Source: Tubiluchus corallicola
Lineage: Eukaryota; Animalia; Priapulida
Assembly (NCBI GenBank): GCA_030141605.1
Contig: JAQGDQ010000647.1
Coordinates: 19,108-83,107, forward strand
Length of the DNA: 64,000 nucleotides
Direction of reading: 5' to 3'
Shown here: piece after piece, positions 27,501 through 39,500 of the stretch
Position numbering within the stretch: the stretch's first letter is position 1
How the letters are laid out: the number at the start of each line of letters is the position of its first letter
Position numbers and translations under genes: made by a program
Notes under the pieces: generated by a model
Told to the model about the DNA's origin: nothing
Database searches by the model: none
Seen by the model: only the letters and a program-made list of their open reading frames with translations

Positions 27501-30500
27501 CTTGTTTGAAAATCTTTCAATCTCAATTCGAATTCGGTTCGAATTCGAAACACTGAAGCTCGGTTCGATTCGAATTCGAAAGTCACAAATTCGGTTCGGT
27601 TCGAATTCGCTTTCTGGTAAAGAATCCTCACCCCTAACGATCATTGAGACATCAGATCTGGCGCCATAATCAGGAAAAAACGTTCGACGATGTAAGCGGA
27701 AACTGTCTATTGTTTGAAAAACTCATCAAAAATACAAAAATCTAGAACTGAACTAATTTAAAAACACGAATTACTAATTTCATTTCAAAATTTAGTTTGT
27801 TGAGTGAAGTAATCAATTGATGAACATCTTGAACATGACTTTTTGAGACATGTCTACACTGATATGTCTACGCATCCAACACCATATCCGACAAGACAAT
27901 CATGCAAAAATAATGCTGGACAGTTTCTCAGGGGTCATTAATACAGTAAAACTCCGCATAACTCAAATCCGAAAAAAAATTTGAGTTGGGCAATGTTGAC
28001 CATTTTCCAGCACGGAAACACTAAACACCTCCTCCAGATGGAGAGCTAAATAGAAGGCAGAAAGTCAACCCTTCTATACGTAAACGACAAGATTTGATGA
28101 CAATTACATAAAGAATAGCAATTTATAACGACTTGTAAGACATCAGAATCTTCCTGGAAGATGATACTGTTTTTGAGATGTACGAAACTTTTTATTTTTC
28201 TAGAGTATAAATTGCATTTTTGCGTCAGGCGATGTAAATTACATGTATTTTGAGTAAATGTGCCATAATTTTTCATTTGCCGTAGGTGAAATTTTGAGTT
28301 ATATATTCTGAGTTAAGGGATGTTTTTTGTCAGAAAAACGAAGGATTTCATCCGTTCCGCTGAATTTATTTGAGTTAGACGAAAACTTGAGTTATGCGAT
28401 TTTGAGTTACGCGGAGTTTACTGTACTACGTCATGATAAACTATTCTTACGGCACTTCAAAAGCATTATATACTCGTTTAGCATCTAAGATTTTAAAATC
28501 ACAAAATAGTTTAAATTCGTGTGATATAAATCAGAGTAACTATGCACTCGTTATGCTGCTTTTAAACAGTGGACAAAACGAGGTGGATTTCTACGCAAAC
28601 GAGATATCGTTCAATCATTACAAACATTACTGCACATCAGAAAAGTAGAAGAGTCTATCTTCAAACAGTGGCACAGCTCAAGCTTATCCTGGTGTAGCAA
28701 TTGATTTGTCAACATCATTGTGTAGCAAGATTTAGATTGGTAAAGTTTAGTGGTGTTGGATTGAAGTTGGAAATAAATCGTGGAAATAAAATAATAAAGC
28801 GCTACTGAAAAAATGTGTTAGTGGAGATATAAATTCTTCCCCACTCGCTTCAACAACTACGATGCCCGGAAGTTGTTGAAATATTGAAACTTGAACATAA
28901 TGTGCTTCACGGTGCACTGCACGCAAATTTCGAAAATGAAGAAGAAAAATTCTATAACATTGCAAGCATGATAAGTCACTAAAATAAATGTTGATAAACT
29001 TTCGGCAGGACACATTTTTGAAGAAAAGTTAATTGTTACAAGTGTCCTGGCCTTCTACCGTCCCGTCAATCATTTTTTCGCTGCACTTGATCAAAGAGCC
29101 GCCCTCTGAAGACCCTCTCTGCCTCCCCCCTAGCTGCGCCACTGTCTTTAAACTATGGATGTGCAATAATCTTAACACAGACTGTCATGGTCGGACTTGA
29201 GATAAATCCAGCTTCCGTTACATGATTTTTCACCAAATCGTATTGTATGTGATCCCAAAAACAACAAAAACAGCCGAAGTTGAGGAATGTTGTGTGACGC
29301 AATCACGTAGGGTACAACGAGATGTACAGACTGTGGATAAATCCCATGCTACTTTTAAAAAATAATATGTGTGCTTGCACAGAAAAATCGTTCACAAATC
29401 GGCAATTAAGCTTTTCTAGTCATTCACATATCCTGAATCTCCATTTCATGAGGATCATTTTGATACCAAGTTCTGTCTTATTTCTAAGCTGAGATAATCC
29501 ACATTGAAGTTGAGGTGCAGGCTGCGCACTGAAAAACATAATCTTGAGAAAATCACTGTTAAAGTCGGCCATTGTTTTTCGTTGCGTTTCTACAAAACAC
29601 TTAGCAACCGTACGAATGTTAGTTGCTATGGACTTTGCAAGAGCATAATGAAGTTATGTTACTGATGAAGATCTGAGCTTGGCAGCAGAAAAAACCCAAA
29701 GCAAAAATGACTTCCACGAGCTACTATAGGAGTTTGAAAATACCAGTTTTTCTACAATTGCATTGCTAGTTTTAGCCAGAGAACTGGGTATGGAGTTATA
29801 AAATTAGATTTTTAGTATTTTTTGAACATTTTCTTGATAATTTGATGCTAGAATATAAAAGTCCAATATATTTAGCATTTGTTTTTATAAGAAAAAAAAT
29901 TTTTTGGAGCATTCTACTTTGAAGCATCATAACGTAGTTTTAACTATGTCGACTTGTGAATGGCTTGCAAGCACACATACGTATCATAATAAAGAGCACA
30001 AACGCGATAGGAGCCGGACCATTAAATGAACACGAAGATAATTATTTTACGTTTACCAATGGATGAGAGCTTGTTCAGAACACTAACATTATTGGCTAGA
30101 ATTCAAAGCGAGTTTAAATAGCTGTTTTGTATGTACAGCTTTCTGTACAAAAATTTAAATCACTCTACTCGAGATTGTTGTTACAGCGAGTACCTCGCTT
30201 AACGACTCTCCGTTTAACGATGTTTCGCTTAACGTCGTGTTTTGTTGGAGCGCATTAGCGTGATTAATCGAGGACTCCCTGTATTCTCATTTACGTTATG
30301 GAAATAACAGGTGCCTGAAGTCATCGGCACCCACACTCAGGTGAAAGAATAGCCGGGATCATACGACGATCATGATGGGGGAAAAACCATGTTTTTGTGA
30401 AGCCGTTCTTATCGAGAGCTGCCCGACGGCTTAAACGGCTAGACCGGTCAAACACGACAGAGCGTGCACAAGGTGAAAAATAAACCGAAAGTCATACAAA

Positions 30501-33500
30501 AGTACGACAACTTACTCGGGTTCTAGCGTTGACACATTGCACTTGTACGAAGCGTTGTAAAACAAACATATTTCTGCATATTGCCTAACTGTAATATAAA
30601 GAAAAGATTTAGGCATGCCGTACAGAGAAAGCAACAGCGAAAGCTTGGCGACACACAACAGGTGGCGCTTGGAGGTTTACCAACAGGCACACAACGTTCA
30701 AGACATGCAACGATAACGAAGTACTACATTGGCTGCAGCCGCTCGGCGGCGACAGCCAACAGGGTTCCCACAGAAATTTAAAATAAATTTCCCGGACTTT
30801 TCCATGACTAGCACAGTTGCGGTAGTGCTAACGAAATTACACTAATCGCATTAAATAAACTTTCTTAATCCAATCATTTTTAGAACAGAAATCAAACCTG
30901 GAAGCTGCCATAGCAAAATTTTATTTGAACGCGAACTGCTGGAAAATATGTTTGGAAAAATATCGGTTCACCGCGATTATTTTCGCAACCCTTTCTAACT
31001 TCCCCGACTTTTCGACCCATTTTCATCATTTTCGCTGACTTTTTACCAAATTATCTTTTTCCCCGACTTTGATTTTCCAGGATACCCTGTACTTTGACAG
31101 AATTTCCATGACCGTGGGAACCCTGAGCCAATTAAGCACAGGTGAGAGCACAATAATTTACACACATCGAAAAGAAACGAGTGTGAACAACTGTGAGCGA
31201 GTTACTAGAGAAGGCGGCAAAAAGTATGGAACAGCAAAACAGCCAGACGTTGACCATACAGTCATCTACAAAGCGGTTCCTACACTCGGAGACATGCTGT
31301 TAGTGCAAGACCGGAGCAATTACGATTTCTGATTTGGCAGACTTACTCGCTTTCCAATTCGGCCACAGTGCATTTGTACTGAGCGGTAGAGAACAGGCAA
31401 ATGTCCGCAAACTGGCGCACTGGCAGGAACAAGACAAATAAGCGATTAATGATCGTCAAGGCGTCGGCCCAAATTAGCCATTACCGACAGCCGAGAGAAT
31501 GTATGTAGTCCGTAAAACCGTGATTGCATCGATAAATTATTGTTAGCGTTGTTAGCTTTGTCAAGAAACAGGGAAATAACTGAGCAATTTACAAAGTGAC
31601 AAGGCGACAGGTAAACAGGAAAATTTGCTCTGAAACGGCCGGTAAATTTACCAGAGGCGATGTTACAAAGTACACTGCCCTTTGTTACTTCAATGATTAT
31701 TTTGTTTTAGTAAATAGCAAAGGTGCAGGTAATGGCATGTTACCGTGGCGACAAAGACTAAGCAGCAGCATCGTAAACCAATGCCCGTTTAACAAAGCAC
31801 AAGAACTATTACGCAACGAACAATGTACTCCAATGAAAATCCATTCAGTAGGATTTCCGTTTACCAATCATTGCATACCTCTCTGTGGTGGAAAATTATG
31901 AAACACGCTTGAATTTATAATTATGTACGTTTTACTTAAATGTGTCATAATTATTTATGACATAATAGGAACTGTTAGAAACTGATAAAGTGTTGCCATG
32001 CCAATGTGTGCGCAAAATTTTTGACAATACAACGCCAAATTTTAAGTAATATTTAGATAAAACACGAGTTTCATCACTTTCTCATCGGGAGAAAGGTGAA
32101 AAATGGAAAAGAAAACAAATAAATAAATGAGAAAAAAGAAAAGGAGAAGCAATGCCTCTTTTTCTAGCGGATTTCCAAACATCAAGGATATTATGAGAAA
32201 AAATGAGGCAAATAGCCTTCAGCATAATGTTGATGTCTGTCTTATTTGAAACAAGGACTGCAAACATCTTCTCCCAAACGTAGTAGATTAATATCAATTT
32301 TACACGAAAACCCTATTAACAACGATTATGGCAAACCAACTTGAGAACAGGCTTGCCCTATTCGGGCCGGGTGTTAAACGGGTTAGCTTCACGGGTTGCG
32401 TTAGGCAACCAAAATATTTACTACAGTTCTCTGGTGCTAATCATTTTGCTCGAACGTGATTTTGCTTTAATTTAATTTAAAGCTGCTCTAATACTACTTC
32501 GGCGTGATTTTAATTACTGTGGCTTTAACATACATTCTATTTTAAGGTGATTTTAATCAAGCATTGTAGTTTTAAATTACATTCTATTTTTAACTAACCA
32601 TTAAGTTAACTAACCACGGTTTTAGCGTGACTTTGTAAATCATGATACTCATGCTTTGATTAATAAACGATGAATGCTTCTGATGCGACATGGATCGTAG
32701 ATCATTTATTTTAAGTTAATTTAAACTTAGTTAGTAATTACACGAAAATATAATGCCATATTGTCTACTGCATGCCTGAGGGTCATTCCCGGTACGTAAC
32801 GCAACAGCTCAGTAGTGTTACAGAATACAGTATAAGGGAATTATTGAAGGGAAAGGAAAGGGAATTTCAGAGTATATCCCTAGGAGTTTTCCAAAAAAAA
32901 ATTTATTTAACTTAGCATTACACTTAACTGTTTGAAAGATTTGGGCAATTGCAAAAGAAAATTGTTAATAATTTAAAACGTTCGCGTCAATCGGTAAAAC
33001 AGCTTTGCATTGTCATCCCAGTGTGCACCGCTGGCTCACCAAAAACACATTAATGATCTATCGCCTTCCCAGTGTGCACCGCTGGCTCACCAAAAACACA
33101 TTAATGATCTATCGCCTTCCCAGTGTGCACCGCTGGCTCACCAAAAACACATTAATGATCTATCGCCTTCCCAGTGTGCACCGCTGGCTCACCAAAAACA
33201 CATTAATGATCTATCGCCTTCCCAGTGTGCACCGCTGGCTCACCAAAAACACATTAATGATCTATCGCCTTCCCAGTGTGCACCGCTGGCTCACCAAAAA
33301 CACATTAATGATCTATCGCCTTCCCAGTGTGCACCGCTGGCTCACCAATAACACATTAATGATCTTACTGTTAAAAAAAAGTAATTTATAATCTTGCTTA
33401 GTCAGTGAAGTGCGTGTGTTCGCTACGAATGCTCTAATTATTTTTCAAACTTTATGCAATGTTGTCTAAACTTGCTTCAAACGATTTACCGTTAAAACGG

Positions 33501-36500
33501 CTGCACCTAACGGTCATCTTGGGAGCTTAAATTTGCACGTTTCATACGACGTTACTGCCCACGCAAGACATGTATAATGCAATAACGCAGAGCACGTAAA
33601 TAATATAAAATCTCAAAGCTTAATTTATGAAGAGTATTTTCTTGTGTTGTAACTAATGAAACAAGAACATCAAAACCAACGAGACCCCAGATCTCACGCC
33701 CTATTAAATCATAATTATAATGTATGAACTGAAGACTAGTACAATATTCCATCTACTTACAATTACAGGTTAAGAGAAGAAGTCGGAGGCTAAAGGAGTA
33801 ACACGGGGAAGCATAAATGCTTATAAAATACTTATAACCGAGCTGCTCGACTCACTCACTACGCGACACGGCCTCGTTAATAATGCAGAATGCCATCAGC
33901 TTAAAATCTCGCAATTTTACAAGTTCACAATTACTGCCCAACGTGGAATTCGCGGATTGCGGTTGTACGGCTCACTTTTACGACATTACATGGCTACAGT
34001 ACTCCGACAAGGGGAAAAATTTCTTTCAAACGAATTGGTAAGGTGCTTGAAAATAAGGATAGTTTTAAAACTCGGCAGTCGCAGCAAAACTACCAGCGGG
34101 AATTCTTACAATGCAGCCTTACAGAGAAAGTTAAACGTGCTAAAAGCACTTGCTTTGCAAACATTTTATATATGGTTCCCAATGGTCAGCAGCAAATGGA
34201 TGCCAGGCTCTTATTCTCGCGTCACTGTAGCTAACTGAAGCTACAGTACCCGAGTAATGCGGCAAAATTTTACACATGACTTTCAAAGCAGCTATTCACA
34301 AGAGTCGTAGTATGAAATGACAACTTCTCATAAATAAATTATTTTTAAAATCCGACATGTATATCGATCTAGCTGTAATTACTGTAGTGACTGTTTATTC
34401 AAATTGTATGATGTTAGTTCTTAAACAGTATGTAGTTTAGTTCTTAAATACTATGTTGTTTAGTTCTTAAATAGTCTGTTGTTTAGTTCTTAAATTGTAT
34501 GTTGTTAGTTCTTAAATAGTATGTTGTTAGTTCTTAAACAGTATGTAGTTTAGTTCTTAAATACTATGTTGTTTAGCTCTTAAACAGTATGTAGTTTAGT
34601 TCTTAAATACTATGTTGTTTAGTTCTTAAATAGTATGTTGTTTAGTTCTTAAATTGTATGTTGTTAGTTCTTAAATAGTATGTTGTTTAGCTCTTAAATA
34701 ATATGTTGTTTAGTTCTTAAATTGTATGTTGTTTAGTTCTTAAACAGTATGTAGTTTCGTTCTTAAATAGTATGTTGTTTAGTTCTTAAATAGTCTGTTG
34801 TTTAGTTCTTAAATTGTATGTTGTTTAGTTCTTAAATACTATGTTGTTTAGTTCTTAAATAGTCTGTTGTTTAGTTCTTAAATACTATGTTGTTTAGCTC
34901 TTAAACAGTATGTAGTTTAGTTCTTAAATACTATGTTGTTTAGTTCTTAAATAGTATGTTGTTTAGTTCTTAAATTGTATGTTGTTAGTTCTTAAATAGT
35001 ATGTTGTTTAGCTCTTAAATAATATGTTGTTTAGTTCTTAAATTGTATGTTGTTTAGTTCTTAAACAGTATGTAGTTTAGTTCCTAAATAGTATGTTGTT
35101 TAGTTCTTAAATAGTCTGTTGTTTAGTTCTTAAATTGTATGTTGTTTAGTTCTTAAATACTATGTTGTTTAGTTCTTAAATAGTCTGTTGTTTAGTTCTT
35201 AAACAGTATGTAGTTTAGTTCTTAAATAGTATGTTGTTTAGTTCTTAAATAGTCTGTTGTTTAGTTCTTAAACAGTATGTAGTTTAGTTCTTAAATACTA
35301 TGTTGTTTAGTTCTTAAATAGTCTGTTGTTTAGTTCTTAAACAGTATGTAGTTTAGTTCTTAAATAGTATGTTGTTTAGTTCTTAAATAGTCTGTTGTTT
35401 AGTTCTTAAACTGTATGTTGTTTAGTTCTTAAATAGTCTGTTGTTTAGTTCTTAAATAGTCTGTTGTTTAGTTCTTAAACTGTATGTTGTTTAGTTCTTA
35501 AACTGTATGTAGTTTAGTACTTAAATACTATGTTGTTTAGTTCTTAAATAGTCTGTTGTTTAGTTCTTAAACAGTATGTAGTTTAGTTCTTAAATAGTAT
35601 GTTGTTTAGTTCTTAAATAGTCTGTTGTTTAGTTCTTAAACTGTATGTTGTTTAGTTCTTAAATAGTCTGTTGTTTAGTTCTTAAATTGTATGTTGTTTA
35701 GTTCTTAAATAGTCTGTTGTTTAGTTCTTAAACTGTATGTTGTTTAGTTCTTAAATAGTCTGTAGTTTAGTTCTTAAATAGTATGTTGTTTAGTTCTTAA
35801 ATAGTCTGTTGTTTAGTTCTTAAATTGTATGTTGTTTAGTTCTTAAATACTATGTTGTTTAGTTCTTAAATAGTCTGTTGTTTAGTTCTTAAACAGTATG
35901 TAGTTTAGTTCTTAAATAGTATGTTGTTTGGTTCTTAAATAGTCTGTTGTTTAGTTCTTAAATAGTCTGTTGTTTAGTTCTTAAATTGTATGTTGTTTGG
36001 CTCTTAAATAGTATGTTGTTTAGTTCTTAAATAGTCTGTTGTTTAGTTCTTAAATTGTACGTTGTTTAGTTCTTAAATTGTATGTTGTTTAGCTCTTAAA
36101 TACTATGTTGTTTAGTTCTTAAATTGTATGTTGTTTAGCTCTTAAATACTATGTTGTTTAGTTCTTAAATTGTATATTGTTTAGTTCTTAAATTGTATGT
36201 TGTTTAGCTCTTAAATACTATGTTGTTTAGTTCTTAAATTGTATATTGTTTAGTTCTTAAATAGTATGTTGTTTAGTTCTTAAATTGTATGTTGTTTAGT
36301 TCTTAAATAGTATGTTGTTTAGTTCTTAAATTGTATGTTGTTTTGTTCTTAAATTGTACGTTGTTTAGTTCTTAAATTGTATGTTGTTTATTTCTTAAAT
36401 AGTATTTTGTTTAGTTCTAAAATTGTATGTTGTTTAGTTCTTAAATAGTCTGTTGTTTAGTTCTTAAATTGTATGTTGTTTAGTTCTTAAATTGTATGTT

Positions 36501-39500
36501 GTTTAGCTCTTAAATACTATGTTGTTTAGTTCTTAAATAGTATGTTGTTTAGTTCTTAAATTGTATGTTGTTTTGTTCTTAAATTGTATGTTGTTTATTT
36601 CTTAAATAGTATTTTGTTTAGTTCTAAAATTGTATGTTGTTTAGTTCTTAAATTGTATGTTGTAAGTTCTTAAATTGTATGTTGTTTAGTTCTTAAATAG
36701 CATGTTGTTTAGTTCTTAGTATTTGGTAATTTACTAACATACCTTACAAAACTTATGAAAAAAACGACAAATCACTTTACAAACAGTTCTACTTTTCTCT
36801 TACCAAATCAAAAGACAGACAAAATTGAATTCATACCTGTAATTTTGATCTTCTTTACCGTCTTGTTGGAATTATTTGTAACTTGTACATTAACGGCTAT
36901 TGATTCTCCGTGATAATACATCTGTAAACACACGAAAGTAAAGCCTGGTTCACACTACTGATTATGAACATGGTACATGCGAAAAACCTTTATTTCTGCG
37001 ACCATCCTCTACTAAATAATTCTTTGGAACAAACAGTATTATGCAGACAGAAAAATGGATGCGATTCTTCCATTTGTAACTGAAATTTCGATATCAAAGT
37101 TCAAAACTGTTCACACCTTTCCTTGTCAGAAAAACGCATATGATAGACTATAGTTTTGACTTCATTTTAAAGGAAAAATCAAAGGAAAAATATGCATTTT
37201 AACATAAATTAAGAAAATTGAAGTCACTTTCTTAAAATACGCTTTGCTTTAAAATGCAAAAGAAATTTAAAGATATCTCCCACCAGATGAACACCGCTGC
37301 CCTCATATTTGAAAAAAAATCACATAAACTTGTGTCTGCAGGGTAGCGTGAATGCGGCGAAGGCAAGCTGTGATGAAGCTACGCGTTACAACATTTCTAT
37401 AGATTTCGCAGAAGTTCAGTTATTCTAACGTTGTACAGTGGAACCTCGACTTACGAAAACCCAATTATACGAAAAATTCAGAATACGAATCGAGTTTCGA
37501 AAAAATTTCCATCCCGTTAAACGAAAAAATACGAAAATGAAAATCGAAAGTGCCACCCGACAGCGGTCCTCCTAGAATGCATTTCGTAGCATCGCGTGAA
37601 CGCATTCAATAACCATGGGTCCGAAAAAAGCAAGTGCCCAGCGGTAGTGATAAGAAGAAAAAGATGATGTTGATGAAAACAAAGCTTGAAATTATAGCTA
37701 AATATGAAAGTGACATGCGTGCAAGGGAGTATGAGCGAAACCCTTCGACGACCGGTCTTTATCATTAATGAACACATTTCTTTCGGTTGGCTACAATATT
37801 TACACTTTACACGACTGTTTTTTGGGGGGCTGGAACGAATTACGCCATTTATAGGGTAAATCTCGTCTCATAATACGAAAATTCTAAGATACGAAAACCC
37901 CTCAGGAAGAAATTAATTTCGTATCTGGAGGTATCACTGTATTTAACTGTGTTTATATAAAAATTAGTTATTTGATCAAGTTTAAAGTGGTTACATAGCT
38001 TTAAACCACGGAATTAAAAACCGTAAGCTGTGTACATTAATTGCGCATATAATTAATGTACATATTTCTTCAGTTTGAGAAACGCATGCAAATTTGCGAG
38101 CATTAGTAAGTGGCGGGCAGGTTAATTAGTTTCTAGAATTCGCTCTATAAGTCAAAAAAGATTGCTGAAGCACCTGGCGGAATAAGTGTTTATGTTGCAC
38201 GGTAACCGGATGACGCCATTTTTCATCTAAAAGTAGCGCGCTCAAGCGTGAAGTAATCACGACTTTTAACCAATATTACGAATTAAATAAGATGCTTATC
38301 ACAATTTTGTTGCTGAAACTTTCCAACATTTTCTCAAATATTCAGCTTCTCAAATGCGTTGACTTTTCCTTTAAACTCTCATTAGACAACAATCATCATA
38401 AACAATCGCAAACACTTACAGCGCCTTCTTACTGTCTCGTACGGCGCCACCACGCAGGGAGATCGCTACGCTCTTGATCAAGTTGTTAAATCCGCCTCAA
38501 AAATTGTAGGAATTCAACAGCAATCAATGGCACATTTGTATGAAACTAGGGTCGCAGAGAAAGCGCAAGTTATCATGAAAGATGAATTCCATCAGGGTAA
38601 TAAATACTTTGAAATGCTTCCCCTCCTGTCAGAGATTCCGCTTAATCAACGCTAAAACCACAAGAACTTTAAATTCATTCTATCCCGTTGCAATTCGCAC
38701 CATCAACAGTAAATCTCCAATATTAATAATCTATGTCACTGTACAACTGTGTTAATCTCCTTGTTGTCTCCATGAGTTATTGCAGTATGTAAATTTCACT
38801 GCATGTGTTACGCTATAATGACAATAAATTGCTTACTTACTTACCAGGGTTCCCACAGAGTTTTAAAATAAATTTCGCTGACTTTTTCGTGACTTTTTCC
38901 TGACCAAATATTGATTTTCCGCGACCAAGATAAGCAGAAATTGCATTACCAGTACACATATTCAAACATTTTTGTGTATGGACATTCATACATATACTGA
39001 TATATAATATGTCGGCCAATCATTATTTTTGGAACAGAAATCGAAACTCGGAGCCTGGTATAGAAAAATTTTATCTGAACACGAAAAATATGTTTGGAAA
39101 AATATCACTTCACGGCGATTAATTTTGCAACCCTTTCCAATTTCCCCGACTTTTCGCCGCATTTTCATCATTTTTCCTGACTTTTTACTCAAATTATCTG
39201 TTTCCCCGACTTCTTCATCACTTTCCAGGATAGCCTGTATTTTCAAGGGTTTTCCTGGACTTTCCCTGACTGTGGGAACCCTGAAATAGTGCTAAATTTG
39301 CTGAAAAAATACCAACCCCTTTATCTAACGAAGCCTCTAGATGCAGAGGTCCAGGGCTCATCATAAAATCTTTTGTCACCTCGGCACTTGGCTGTGGTCC
39401 GGGGTCCTCAGGTGCGTACATTACTTTTCTAATAGCCAATCGGACGGAATTCCTGAAATGCGTAAAATCTCTAATGTCAAAACAGTAAACCGACCTCTAG

